Assembly (NCBI GenBank): GCA_963787445.1
Contig: CAWBCT010000005.1
Coordinates: 595,143 to 659,142 of the forward strand
DNA length: 64,000 nucleotides
DNA from: an uncultured archaeon
Lineage (GTDB): Archaea; Micrarchaeota; Micrarchaeia; Micrarchaeales; CABMGC01
Direction: 5' to 3'
Within the stretch, counting starts at the first letter, position 1; each line of letters begins with the position of its first letter. The position numbers and the translations under genes are program-made. The notes below the pieces were generated by a model. The model did no database searches. It saw only the letters and a program-made list of their open reading frames with translations, and was not told the origin of the DNA. Positions 38,428-48,649 of this stretch are shown here, in pieces.

Positions 38428-38649
38428 CTACTCGTGTATAGGTGTCGGTATTCCGTATCTAAAATGATCAAGAAGTATCGAATCCCTAAGCTCTGCTGTC
38501 CTTTCCCTTGCCAAAACCTTTATGGTGGGGTGCGGCGTGTGCCTTTCTATGGCTTCTGAAGTGTCTGTTCTGCGGCAGCTAGCCAACACCTTGATGCTCG
38601 CATCCGGCGTCTGCGCAACCCGGTGTAGAAACTCTTTAGTCATTCTCAT
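38428..38649 (-). CDS. Small hypothetical protein
   Basis: 73-aa ORF with an internal near-repeat (IKVLA twice). Confidence 0.3.
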   Translation of the reverse strand: MRMTKEFLHRVAQTPDASIKVLASCRRTDTSEAIERHTPHPTIKVLARERTAELRDSILLDHFRYGIPTPIHE

Positions 38650-38897
38650 AATATCGCCTAGATAATCTATTTGCGCATTATATGGGACTTTCGGCGCACT
38701 TCGGCAGGAATCGTATTGGAAACCGTGTCAGGTTTGCGCAAAAATCAGGCAGCTTTTCCGAAATATTCTAAAACAATACCAGAACGTTATTTTCCAGTCG
38801 ACAGATTTGAAAAGTTAGTATGCCACTATTCCATCTTTTGTAGGACTCTTTTTAAAGCTTTTTATCCCATTAAGCCACGCTTAACTTTGGTGAAAAT

Positions 38898-39173
38898 GTG
38901 AGCGAACGAAAGTTTAGTCTTTACGATATAGAGCAGTTCATACGCGAGGCGGGCGCGGAGAAGGTAACCGAGGATGCGGTGCTCGACCTGGAGAGGGAGC
39001 TGGAGAAGCTCGCCGAGAGCGTGACAAACAAGGCGATGCGCTACGCGGAGCATGCGGGCAGGAAGCGGCTGATAAAGAGGTCGGACATACTCCTCACCAG
39101 AAACCTAAAGACGCTGCAGCAGCATGCCAGAAGGCGCGTGCTGCCGAATGCCCACTTATACGTAACCAAGTAA
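38898..39173 (+). CDS. Archaeal histone-fold protein with C-terminal extension
   Basis: IREAGAEKVTEDA...YAEHAGRK..IKRSDI. Confidence 0.88.
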   Translation: MSERKFSLYDIEQFIREAGAEKVTEDAVLDLERELEKLAESVTNKAMRYAEHAGRKRLIKRSDILLTRNLKTLQQHARRRVLPNAHLYVTK

Positions 39174-39199
39174 CTACAGATTCACAAGGAGCGGGATTA

Positions 39200-39646
39200 A
39201 TGGAAATAAGCGCGTTTTTGGTCAGAGCCAAAAAAGATACCTACGCCAGCGGCAAGAAACCAACTGTCTTGGAAGACGGCTTTGAGCAATTTACGTACCA
39301 GGAAGGAACGCTATCCTACAGGGATAGATACCGTGCAAGGGATCCAAGACCCTTTGGTGGAGAGGAAGTGGTTTTTCAAGAAGGAAAACCGGTTTGGATG
39401 ATGAATTACCATGGATTTATGCTTTCTAAAGAGGTTGAGAGTAAGAAGGTCTATAGCTTTCTTAGAAAGGCCATGAGTCTCGTAGAAGAAGACAGGCCCT
39501 TCAGAGGCTGTTCAACTCTCAAGGAAGGCGATTATGAGTATAAGGACATCAGCACTGGCGATTTAAACCAATTTGTCGGAACAGAAAAGATATTTTTCAA
39601 AGGAGAAGAGGTTTACAGACTGGAATACCACGGCGGCGCTCTCTAA
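39200..39646 (+). CDS. Conserved hypothetical protein (DUF5680-like)
   Basis: FLVRAKKDTYA, GEEVV...PVWMMNY and YRLEYHGG. Confidence 0.65.
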   Translation: MEISAFLVRAKKDTYASGKKPTVLEDGFEQFTYQEGTLSYRDRYRARDPRPFGGEEVVFQEGKPVWMMNYHGFMLSKEVESKKVYSFLRKAMSLVEEDRPFRGCSTLKEGDYEYKDISTGDLNQFVGTEKIFFKGEEVYRLEYHGGAL

Positions 39647-39672
39647 TTAGTCGATGCCAACAGCGTATTTAT

Positions 39673-40722
39673 TTACAGCACTCCAGTGAGCTTCAGGCCG
39701 AATCCTAGCAGCACGAAGAGCACCTCCAGGGCCATTAGATAGTTTGTTACATCAGTCTCCCTGCACTTCTTCTTCAGGTTCATGACCAGGTGCGTCAGGC
39801 TGTAGATCTTCTTCCCGTAGGGCGCCTTGAGCGTCCCGTCCTTCTGCCGCACTCCCAGGTCGCGCACCCTGAACTTCCTGCGAAGGTGCAGGAAGAACTC
39901 TATTATCCACGGAAACACCATTACGAGCCCGATCGACTCCATGTTGCCTACTATTATGGCCGCGGCCAGCGCGCCCCCGGTGGCGTAGGTGAAGCTGTCA
40001 CCAGGTATGATCTTCGCGGGGTACTTGTTGAACCAGTAGAATGCGACCACCGCAGCCAGGATCATCGCGGAGAGGAAGGCGCCCATGTAGGTGCCGAACA
40101 CCAGCGAGTAGATTAGAAGTCCGGCGCTCACTACCATTATCATCCCCGGCTGAAGGCCGTCAAAGCCCCCCAGCAGGTTCACCGCGTTGGGCAGGAAGAT
40201 TATGGCAAGCGGCACTATCAGCAGCGGGTAGAGGATGCCGAAGTTTACATGCCCTAGGAAGGGGAGGCTCACAATGCTCGTCCCTGCGCTTATGGCGACC
40301 AGGGGCAGCGCCCCCACGAGCGTCAGCAGCGGCTTCTGCCACTGCTCCAGACCCTTGTTCAGCAGCATTATGTCTGTGGACATGACCTTTTCGCGCTTCA
40401 CGTTTATGTCGTCAACAAACCCCACCAGGGCTATGAGCGCGATGGACAGCCCCACCGCAAGCAGCACCGAGACCGAAAGCACCGGGACGAAGACGAAGGT
40501 TCCGCCGAAGATGTAGAGCAGTATTCCGAAGATGATTCCGAAGGCCACTCCGAGGCCGCCGCTGCTAGGCAGCTTGACCGGCTTCGCCTTGTTCATGTCT
40601 TCGGCTATTATGCCCGCGCCGAACAGGTAGCTTATCAGGAACTTTGTGGCGTAGAAGGTCGTGATGAAAACGACAACGGCAGGCACGATTATGGTTGTGA
40701 AGCTCTGGTACATGCTAGACAT
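39673..40722 (-). CDS. UDP-GlcNAc:dolichyl-phosphate GlcNAc-1-P transferase (MraY/AglH family)
   Basis: GFVDD, NAVNLLGGFDGL and FNKYPAKIIPGD; multi-pass membrane protein. Confidence 0.88.
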   Translation of the reverse strand: MSSMYQSFTTIIVPAVVVFITTFYATKFLISYLFGAGIIAEDMNKAKPVKLPSSGGLGVAFGIIFGILLYIFGGTFVFVPVLSVSVLLAVGLSIALIALVGFVDDINVKREKVMSTDIMLLNKGLEQWQKPLLTLVGALPLVAISAGTSIVSLPFLGHVNFGILYPLLIVPLAIIFLPNAVNLLGGFDGLQPGMIMVVSAGLLIYSLVFGTYMGAFLSAMILAAVVAFYWFNKYPAKIIPGDSFTYATGGALAAAIIVGNMESIGLVMVFPWIIEFFLHLRRKFRVRDLGVRQKDGTLKAPYGKKIYSLTHLVMNLKKKCRETDVTNYLMALEVLFVLLGFGLKLTGVL

Positions 40723-40770
40723 TCGGTTGGTAACTAATAAATATATAGCGAATCAGGTAATTGTGGTTCC

Positions 40771-41868
40771 ATGCTATTGGAAATAGCCCTTTACATTTAC
40801 CTCTCCCTGACCCTGCTGATCTTTGCAGTGCTTCTCTGCGCCGACCTCTACAGCCTCTTTGCAAGGAAACGCGTGGGAGAGCCCATAACAGTGGCAAAAT
40901 ACGCGCCAAAGACCCTTGTTATGGTTCCCTGCAGGGGAATGGACCTTACCCTGGAGCAGAACCTCAGGTCGCTAAAGAGCCAGCGGTACAAGAACTACTC
41001 TCTTGTCGCAATAGTTGACGATGAAAGCGACCTGGCCCTAAAAACAATCAGGAAGCTTGGGATCAAGCACCTCATCTCCTCGTCTGATTGCGTGAAGTGC
41101 AGCGGAAAGGTGAGGGCCATCAGCACGGCGATGGAGAAGCTGCGAGGTTACCAAGCGTATGTAATAGTTGATTCCGATGTCCAAGTTGAACGGAACTGGC
41201 TCGCCGCCCTGGTCCAGCCGCTTCAGGACAAGAAGGTTGGCATATCAACAATGTATCCCTACTTCAAGCCGCTCGGAGGTTTCTGGTCAAAGGTCAAGAT
41301 GGTTTGGGGATTTGTCGGCGACAGCCTGCTCGAGCGAGAGTCATCCAGATTTGGCTGGGGCGGCTCGCTGGCATTCAGAAAAGAGCTGATGGACGCCAAA
41401 TCGCTCAAGTTCTTCAAAGACTCAAACTACTCCATCTCGGATGACATCTGCCTTACGAAGATTGCCAAGGCAAAAGGCCTCCGGATAGCCTATGTGAAGA
41501 CTCCCAAACCGATAGTCAACTGCAAAGAGAGTTTCGGCGCCTTTTTGGAGTGGTCCAACCGCCAGACCGCCCTTACTGCGCTTGGTTATCGCCGCAACCT
41601 TTATCTCGGGCTGGTGTATTATTCAATGGAGATCTGGCTGGTCCTCTCCGGCATAATCCTTGCCGTGTTTGTAACCCCAATTTTTCTCATATTGTTTCTG
41701 CACTACGTAAAGAGCGTAGCCAACGCCTACCACAGGTCTGGAATACCCAGCCTTCAGATACCAATAATCGTACTAATGCTGCCCTTTCTTTACGATATAA
41801 ATCTTATCCGCGCGTCTAGAATGCGTACAATAACCTGGCGCGGACGCGTATACCAGATACGGCAATAA
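40771..41868 (+). CDS. Membrane GT-A glycosyltransferase (GT2/GT21-like)
   Basis: VPCRG, GKV, DSD, SDD and WSNRQ; flanking TM helices. Confidence 0.82.
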   Translation: MLLEIALYIYLSLTLLIFAVLLCADLYSLFARKRVGEPITVAKYAPKTLVMVPCRGMDLTLEQNLRSLKSQRYKNYSLVAIVDDESDLALKTIRKLGIKHLISSSDCVKCSGKVRAISTAMEKLRGYQAYVIVDSDVQVERNWLAALVQPLQDKKVGISTMYPYFKPLGGFWSKVKMVWGFVGDSLLERESSRFGWGGSLAFRKELMDAKSLKFFKDSNYSISDDICLTKIAKAKGLRIAYVKTPKPIVNCKESFGAFLEWSNRQTALTALGYRRNLYLGLVYYSMEIWLVLSGIILAVFVTPIFLILFLHYVKSVANAYHRSGIPSLQIPIIVLMLPFLYDINLIRASRMRTITWRGRVYQIRQ

Positions 41869-41908
41869 TCAGCTATAAATATTTTCACTTGTTCATCTAT
41901 CTGATTAT

Positions 41909-42223
41909 ATGGCAGCCGAAAAGCTTGGACTGAACAAGTCTAGCCTCCGCGAGAACGAGCCGGTCAAGGTTGACCTTGGCGGCAAGAGCTTCGTCCTTGT
42001 TTTATACAATGGAAAGGTGCACGCACTTGATGAGCTTTGCACGCACGAGCATGGCCCGCTGGCTGACGGCTCGATGGACGGAAAAGAGCTCATCTGCCCG
42101 TGGCACAGCGGCGCATTCGACATAGAGACAGGCAAGGCAAGCGAGAACACCCCTTGGGCAACCGACACCAAGCACTATCCGATAACTGCGGATTCAACTG
42201 GAGAACTTTTCATACTACTTTAG
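41909..42223 (+). CDS. Rieske [2Fe-2S] ferredoxin
   Basis: CTHEHG and CPWH. Confidence 0.92.
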   Translation: MAAEKLGLNKSSLRENEPVKVDLGGKSFVLVLYNGKVHALDELCTHEHGPLADGSMDGKELICPWHSGAFDIETGKASENTPWATDTKHYPITADSTGELFILL

Positions 42224-42231
42224 CGGTGCTG

Positions 42232-42645
42232 TTAATCTAACAGCTTCATCAATTCCGGAGTTTTCCATATCCTGACTTTATTCTGTTTCTGGAAGTGTTT
42301 GTCATTGCTCCATATGCCACTGTTCTCCACCGATAATACAAGTGCTATATACGGCGTGTTGTCCGGGTCGATACTGTCCATTATTTCCTTAGCACCCTCA
42401 AAGTTATTCTTAATAATCGAATCGTCTACCACGTATATATTGCCAAATATCAATGCTAGCAGGCTATCCAAAGCTGTTTCTGAAATATTTGCCTTCTTCA
42501 ATATCTCTTTCATGTGCTCTTTCAATTCAGCCTTCGTGAAGCCCACCGTCAGAAATACAAATTTATCTGACATTAATATCTCTCTACTAGTTGAATCTTT
42601 GATTAAAGCGGCGATTATCCTGTTCGTATCCGCTATTAATATCAT
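42232..42645 (-). CDS. PIN-domain (VapC-like) toxin
   Basis: ADTNRIIAAL, DPDNTPY and WSNDKHF. Confidence 0.85.
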   Translation of the reverse strand: MILIADTNRIIAALIKDSTSREILMSDKFVFLTVGFTKAELKEHMKEILKKANISETALDSLLALIFGNIYVVDDSIIKNNFEGAKEIMDSIDPDNTPYIALVLSVENSGIWSNDKHFQKQNKVRIWKTPELMKLLD

Positions 42646-42863
42646 TCGTCTAGCCTCTTCCGTATCTTCGCCTTAATCTTACTCCCAATTTTCTCCGCAT
42701 CCTTCTCGGTAAATGTGCTGTTCTTCAGCATCTTATCTACCAACTCCAGTTCCATCAGTTTCTTCTCGAAGGCGAGTCTAGCAATGTCGCTCCACTTCAA
42801 TTCGGTGTGCTTCTTCATCTTCTTGTATAGCTGTTCCGATACGGCCAAGGTCATGTTCGTCAT
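42642..42863 (-). CDS. Antitoxin (RHH-like)
   Basis: NMTLAVSEQLYKKMKKH.E.KWSDIAR; overlaps the PIN gene. Confidence 0.75.
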   Translation of the reverse strand: MTNMTLAVSEQLYKKMKKHTELKWSDIARLAFEKKLMELELVDKMLKNSTFTEKDAEKIGSKIKAKIRKRLDE

Positions 42864-42958
42864 AGATTCACTATGTGATATATGTGTTTGCACATATTTA
42901 AACCTATCTGAAGAAGTTGCACGAAATCCTTATATTACTGGTTTTCTAACTCTTTATC

Positions 42959-43525
42959 ATGCCTAACTTACTTCAGAAATTTAGAAAAGGAGAATACATT
43001 ACAGAGTACAGAACCGACGACGGCAGGATCGTTAGGTTCAGAGGTCCTAGAAAGAGTGATGTTAATGACATCCTTAAATTTATCAACGGACTTGTCGAAG
43101 AGGATGCGATGATATTGGTCGACAAGAAGAAGACAAGGAAAGAAGAAAACACCTATGTGAAAAGGGTAATCAAAGAGAATAAAGAGGGTTCAGCTTTGCA
43201 CCTAGTTGCTGAAGTTGATGGGAAAGTAGTGGCGAAAGCAGAAGTTCACAGGAAAAAGGATAAATCAAACCATGTCGGAACTCTGGGCATCTCCGTATCG
43301 AAGGGCTATAGGGACATTGAAATTGGAAAGACCATAATGAGACTCCTATCTGAACTTTCCAAAGAGCTTGGCCTCAGGCTTATAATCCTTGAAGCTTACG
43401 CGGAAAATAGCCGAGCAATACATGTCTACCAAAAATCAGGATTTAAGATAGTCGGACGCGTACCAAAAGACATACATTACAGAAACAAGTATGTTGACTC
43501 TGTGATTATGGTTAAGGAGCTATGA
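42959..43525 (+). CDS. GNAT acetyltransferase
   Basis: LGISVSKGYRDIEIG and NSRAIHVYQKSGF. Confidence 0.85.
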   Translation: MPNLLQKFRKGEYITEYRTDDGRIVRFRGPRKSDVNDILKFINGLVEEDAMILVDKKKTRKEENTYVKRVIKENKEGSALHLVAEVDGKVVAKAEVHRKKDKSNHVGTLGISVSKGYRDIEIGKTIMRLLSELSKELGLRLIILEAYAENSRAIHVYQKSGFKIVGRVPKDIHYRNKYVDSVIMVKEL

Positions 43526-45358
43526 GGATTTCACTATCTTCTCACTTTTCTGCTCCGTGAATCTCGTTATCTCCTTAAGGTAGTTATCCGACTTCTTGAT
43601 GGTCACGAAGTTGCTGATTATGTTGTTGTAAAGCCTCCAGTTGTACCTTTTGTCCATGAAGATAACAAATGCTCTATCAGACTCGCTCCTTATGGCCCTG
43701 CCCGCAGCCTGCGCGGCGCGTATCACCCCGGGCACGATGTAAGCGTACTCGTTCCCCTTCCCGTTGAACCTCTTGTCCAGGTACTCTATCTTTGCGGTGA
43801 GCTCAAGGTCGGGCCGCTCAAGCGGTATCCCAACTATTACTATGCCCTTTATCACGTTGTTCGCGTAGTCTATGCCCTCGCTCAGGCTTCCGCCCATCAC
43901 GCCGAACATCAGCGAGTCCTTACTCGCCTTGAACTTGTTTATCATCTCTTCCACCGCGACGTTATGCATCTCCCTTCTCTGTATAAACTCAACTTCAAAG
44001 ATCATGTGCTGGTAAACCGCGTTGAGCACATCGAAGCTTGGGAAGAAGACGGCCACGTTGCCCTTTGTCGGGCCTTTTATCTCTCCAATCTTGTTCGCTA
44101 TCTTCTTGTACTCCTCCAGCGACCGGTTCTGGTACTTGGTGGATACCTGGTCATCAACCATGCAGAGCTTATTCAGAGGTGGAAATGGCGAGCTGTAATT
44201 CGAGACCCCTGCGTCGGGCATGCCCAGCAGCTCGCGGTACATCTCAAGGGGCAGCAGGGTGCCGCTCATGAAAACGTTGGCGTAGGCCTCTTTCAGCGCA
44301 GCCAGCGGGCCTTCCGGATAAAGACAGACCACTGACAGCTTTATGTCCGTGCCGCGCTTCGAGAGTATCCTTGCCGAAGAGGTATCGTTGCCGCTCAGCG
44401 ACTCTAGGAAGCGCGCTATGTGCATCAGTGACGAACGTTTCGCCGTTGCGTTGGAGAGGTACTCCATGCCTGCCTTCTCCAAGTCCTCCACAACGTTCGC
44501 TATGTTGCCTGTCAGCATGCTTGCAACCTCGTCACCATCAAAGAAGGCTTCCCCTGTGTGAATTAGCGGGAGCCTTTTGGCTGCAATGCTCTCTATCATG
44601 AAGCGCAGGTACTCGATGTCCATGCTGCTCTGTATCTCGCGGAGCTCCTTGATGGCGTTGTTTACCGTGTGCACGCTGAGCGAGGTGCTCAGGTAGGAGC
44701 TCGCCGAGCCTACCACGTTGTGTGCCTCATCCCAGATCACTATGGCATTCTCGAGCTTGTGGCCTATGCGCTTCAGGAACGCCTTCCTCGTGTAGGGATT
44801 CAAGATATGGGCGTAATCTGCTATGATGAAGTTCGACTCCTTTGCAATCTCAGCAGCCGCCTCGTAGCCGCATACCCCGCTGTCAAAGCAGGCGCTGAAG
44901 AACCTGTTATGGCCCTCAAGCGCTGACGCCCTGACCTCGTCGACCTTTCCCTTCTCCTTCGAGAGGTTGTAAAAAGTGCAGCGCTTCGACTTGACAAGCG
45001 CATCACAGCTCCTGTAGAATGCCTCACCTTCTATACTGTTGACCTTCTCGTTGACGCAGAGGTTCCTCTTCCCGACCATGTCGATGTATCTTATGTCGAC
45101 TCCGAACTTCCTGCTTATGCCCGCGACAGAGTCTAGGGCTATCTTGTGCTGCGAGATCTTCGGAGTTAGGAAAAATACGTTGAGGTTTTTCTCCAGCGCC
45201 ACCGTAAGGGCTGCAGCGATTGAGGCATCGGTCTTTCCTATGCCTGTCGGCGCGTTTATCAGCATGCTCTTCTTTTCCGAGAGTGCGTTGTAGATGTCCG
45301 ACATCATCCGGTCCTGATGCTCCCGAGGTTGGTCGAAACGGAACAGGAACTGCGGCAC
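43520..45358 (-). CDS. xpd: XPD/Rad3/DinG-family Fe-S helicase
   Basis: APTGIGKT, four-Cys cluster region, DEAH, SGTL, SEGID and QAAGRAIR. Confidence 0.88.
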   Translation of the reverse strand: MPQFLFRFDQPREHQDRMMSDIYNALSEKKSMLINAPTGIGKTDASIAAALTVALEKNLNVFFLTPKISQHKIALDSVAGISRKFGVDIRYIDMVGKRNLCVNEKVNSIEGEAFYRSCDALVKSKRCTFYNLSKEKGKVDEVRASALEGHNRFFSACFDSGVCGYEAAAEIAKESNFIIADYAHILNPYTRKAFLKRIGHKLENAIVIWDEAHNVVGSASSYLSTSLSVHTVNNAIKELREIQSSMDIEYLRFMIESIAAKRLPLIHTGEAFFDGDEVASMLTGNIANVVEDLEKAGMEYLSNATAKRSSLMHIARFLESLSGNDTSSARILSKRGTDIKLSVVCLYPEGPLAALKEAYANVFMSGTLLPLEMYRELLGMPDAGVSNYSSPFPPLNKLCMVDDQVSTKYQNRSLEEYKKIANKIGEIKGPTKGNVAVFFPSFDVLNAVYQHMIFEVEFIQRREMHNVAVEEMINKFKASKDSLMFGVMGGSLSEGIDYANNVIKGIVIVGIPLERPDLELTAKIEYLDKRFNGKGNEYAYIVPGVIRAAQAAGRAIRSESDRAFVIFMDKRYNWRLYNNIISNFVTIKKSDNYLKEITRFTEQKSEKIVKSS

Positions 45359-47904
45359 TAGGACACCCGATTGTATTTCATAAATCGGGTGTTTATCTCT
45401 ATTATCTCTTTCGCTTGCTTCAGTGGAGTGGTCAGGTCGCTCCTCATGTTGGAGCGCTTCGTGAAGAAGGCATCTATCTCCCTAAGGCTCTTGGCATCTG
45501 AAACCACTGCGAGGTTGTCAATGAAATAGCCAAGCATGTGCGTGCCCAGCTGGTACCTGTGCTTGAGCTCCTGCCAGTTCTTCTTGGTCCACGGCCATAT
45601 CAACGCCTGCCCCGCCGGCCTTGAAGAGACGATAACCGGGATCGTTATTCCGTCCTGGTAGCGCACATCCTTCGAAAGTGAGAACTCAAGCGCCTTCTTC
45701 AGGATCTTCTTGTCGCTGAACATGGCCATTGAGCGAAGGAATCGCATCTTTTCGTCAGGCACCTGCTCGCCCATGTAGCGCTCCTTGAGCGTTTTGAATG
45801 TCTTTTCGTTCCCGGACCAGGCCGCGAGGGTGTAGATGGCCCCGCGCAGGTTCGGCTCTATCTCCTGTTTGCTGTTTATGAAGTTGGAGAAGAGCTTGTT
45901 CGCCTTGTTGAGCGTGACCTTGTCGCCTGCAACCCCCGAACAGACTATGGCGACTGAGCGTATCATCGTCGTTGTGTTTGCCTCGTCCTTCGAGCGTATC
46001 CAGCCCACCTGCTTGAGTATGTCGTTGCTGTACTCCTTGAGCAGCTTCCTTGTCGCGTCGCGCTTCTCGCCCTTGCTGTTGTAGAGCATGTTGTAAAGTC
46101 CATTCAGGTGCCCCAGCGCGCTCATGTTGAGCGGATACTTGGAGGCAAAGCAGTAATCGTTCACGAACTTAAGGTAGCTCGGCAGGGTCCGCTTGCACGC
46201 CTTTGCGAAGGCGTACATGTCGCACTCTATCCCCCAGGCATCTACCCAGGTGAGGTCGCCGCTCTTTATCAGCTCTCCCAGCTCCTCAAGCTTCTCTTCC
46301 GAGTAGAGCGTCCTGTAGAAGCCCGTTTGGTGGAGGTTCAGCTTCAGTCCGGCCTCAATGGCGTCGAGCTCCAGCGTCTTGTACCTCATCAGCACGCTCT
46401 TGCCCAGCTTTGCGTGGTTGTGGGGTATGGTGTAGCGTATCGGTATGCGCCAGGTCTCCGGCTTCTGTTTCCTGTCGAGCAGGGAGAAACGGCTCTGCGT
46501 AAGCCTCAGCTTTGCATTTGTCTTTGTCAGCTCCACGTAGGGGTAGCCCTTCTTCTCTATCCAGTCCTTTGCGACCCCCGCAACATCGAGCTTCTTCGCG
46601 TTCTTCCCTGCGGCCTTGGCTATCGCATTCCACAGGTCCTCCTTCTGCGCGTTGCCGTAGGCGTTGCTCCTGAGATAGATGTTCAGGCCCTTCCTGAACG
46701 TCTCTTTCCCAACGTAATCCTCGAGCATCTGCAGCACGCTGCCTCCCTTGTCGTAGCTTATCTCGTCGAATATCTGGTCTATGTCGCTCGGCTTGTTTAC
46801 CGTGACGGCTATCGGGTGGGTGGAGACAAGCTGGTCCGCAGCCAACGCGCTGGCAACAACATCGTCAAGGTACTGCACCTTCATATTCCACTCCGGGAAG
46901 ACCGCATCCATCGCCTTGTAGGCCATGAACGTCGCAAAGCTCTCGTTCAGCCAAAGGTCGTCCCACCACTTCATGGTGACCAGGTCGCCGAACCACTGGT
47001 GGGTGAGCTCGTGCGCTATCACCTCTGCAATCCTCTGTTTTGTCACTATCGCGGCCTTCTCCTCCGCAAGGAGCGCCGTCTCGCGGAACGTTATGGCGCC
47101 CCAGTTCTCCATCGCCCCCGCCGCAAAGTCCGGCACCGCTATGACATCCATCTTGATCAGAGGAAGCCTTATGCCAAAGTAGCCCTCGAAGTAGTGTATG
47201 AACCTCTTTGTGTAGCCCAATGCAAGCGCGGTGTACTTCTTCTTCCCCGGAACCGTGATGCAATTTATTGTAAGCCTTCCTGACCTGATGCTCGCGACCT
47301 CAAAATCGCCGACACCGATGTAGAGCAGATAGGATGACATCTTCGGCGTCGTATTGAAGGTTACGACCTTCTTCTCCCCCTGCTTCGCCTCCTTCTTGAC
47401 GGTCATGTTTGAGATGCAGTGCATATTGCCGGGAACGAGCAGAGAGAGATCGTAGGTGGCCTTGAATGCCGGTTCGTCAAAGCACGGGAAGGCGCTGCGT
47501 GCGCTTGCTGCTTCAAACTGGGTGGTAAGTATGTGCTTCTCCTTTTCCCCATCCATGTACTTGCTCCTGTAGAAGCCGTACAGCTTGTCGTTATTGACGC
47601 CCTTGAAGCCTATCTCGAGTGTTGTGCTTCCAGAAACCCCCTTTGCGAAACTCAGTACCACCCTCTCTTTCTGGCTGTCAAATCTTATCTCTGCCTTTTG
47701 GGCGGTCCCGGAAGAGCGGACGTAGGCCTCGTGGATCGTGAGCTCCCTTGAGTTGAGGGTTATCTGCTTTGTCTTCTTCTCTATGCTGACTTTTATCCTT
47801 GCCTTTCCCTCGAATTCAAAGGTTGAGAAGTCGGGTTCGAAAAATAGTTCATAGTTCACAGGGCGAACATTGTTGCCAAGGGTCTCCCGCTTGCTACTCT
47901 CCAT
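45358..47904 (-). CDS. M1-family aminopeptidase (tricorn-interacting factor-like)
   Basis: FPCFDEP, GAMENWG and HELTH...LNE. Confidence 0.93.
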   Translation of the reverse strand: MESSKRETLGNNVRPVNYELFFEPDFSTFEFEGKARIKVSIEKKTKQITLNSRELTIHEAYVRSSGTAQKAEIRFDSQKERVVLSFAKGVSGSTTLEIGFKGVNNDKLYGFYRSKYMDGEKEKHILTTQFEAASARSAFPCFDEPAFKATYDLSLLVPGNMHCISNMTVKKEAKQGEKKVVTFNTTPKMSSYLLYIGVGDFEVASIRSGRLTINCITVPGKKKYTALALGYTKRFIHYFEGYFGIRLPLIKMDVIAVPDFAAGAMENWGAITFRETALLAEEKAAIVTKQRIAEVIAHELTHQWFGDLVTMKWWDDLWLNESFATFMAYKAMDAVFPEWNMKVQYLDDVVASALAADQLVSTHPIAVTVNKPSDIDQIFDEISYDKGGSVLQMLEDYVGKETFRKGLNIYLRSNAYGNAQKEDLWNAIAKAAGKNAKKLDVAGVAKDWIEKKGYPYVELTKTNAKLRLTQSRFSLLDRKQKPETWRIPIRYTIPHNHAKLGKSVLMRYKTLELDAIEAGLKLNLHQTGFYRTLYSEEKLEELGELIKSGDLTWVDAWGIECDMYAFAKACKRTLPSYLKFVNDYCFASKYPLNMSALGHLNGLYNMLYNSKGEKRDATRKLLKEYSNDILKQVGWIRSKDEANTTTMIRSVAIVCSGVAGDKVTLNKANKLFSNFINSKQEIEPNLRGAIYTLAAWSGNEKTFKTLKERYMGEQVPDEKMRFLRSMAMFSDKKILKKALEFSLSKDVRYQDGITIPVIVSSRPAGQALIWPWTKKNWQELKHRYQLGTHMLGYFIDNLAVVSDAKSLREIDAFFTKRSNMRSDLTTPLKQAKEIIEINTRFMKYNRVS

Positions 47905-47961
47905 GAGTTACAGGATGGAATTTCCCTTTTATAGACCTTTCCATTTTGTTTAACTCGCAGT

Positions 47962-48528
47962 TTAGAAATGGAATATCCTTTCAAGTCCGATCGTCTTTGA
48001 AGCGAAGCGGTGAATCGGTTCCCTTAGGCGGTATATGGCGTATGCAATTACCAGGCTCACTGCGACTCCAGCAGCCACATCTGTGAGATAATGCTGTCCA
48101 AGGTAGACCCTGCCGAAAAGCTCCAGGGCCAGCCACACCGCGTATAGCGCCCTTGTCTTTCTATACTTCCAGACAAAAAACAAGAGACCGGTGAGCACCA
48201 CTGCGTGGTCGCTAGGGAACGAGTATCCGGTCTCGCAGATCGGCGCATTTATCCAAGAGAGGGACGTCACAGAACAAGGTCTTGGCTGCATGAACACCTC
48301 TTTCAGGCCATAGCCCAATGCGAACAACAGGAGTATTGCAACGACCAAAGCGAAGACATCCTTGTCCTTCTTTATAAGAAAATAGATAACCAGCAGCGGA
48401 AGAACCACGTAGAAGCTTTCCGACAAGGCCACCATAATGCTGTTGAGAAGCGGGCTAGCAATAGCGTTCATCAGCTGGAATGCGGCAGAGTTTATCCAGA
48501 TACTGCCCGAGTTTATCATTTGATGCAC
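47962..48528 (-). CDS. PAP2-family membrane phosphatase
   Basis: K...PRP, SFPSDH and RVYLGQHY. Confidence 0.88.
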   Translation of the reverse strand: MHQMINSGSIWINSAAFQLMNAIASPLLNSIMVALSESFYVVLPLLVIYFLIKKDKDVFALVVAILLLFALGYGLKEVFMQPRPCSVTSLSWINAPICETGYSFPSDHAVVLTGLLFFVWKYRKTRALYAVWLALELFGRVYLGQHYLTDVAAGVAVSLVIAYAIYRLREPIHRFASKTIGLERIFHF

Positions 48529-48649
48529 GTCTTGGCTTAGGTTTAACTGTATTGGCTACGGAAATGTTTTTATAGCCTTGTAGGTATATACTATACCGTC
48601 TTGTATATCCTTATTATTAGGCATCCTACAAGGCAAGATTGGTGTTCAT

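Noticed and set aside
46108-47283. 391-aa antisense ORF, and similar shadow ORFs over GC-rich genes
   Set aside because: It lies opposite a well-supported M1 peptidase and is explained by codon bias
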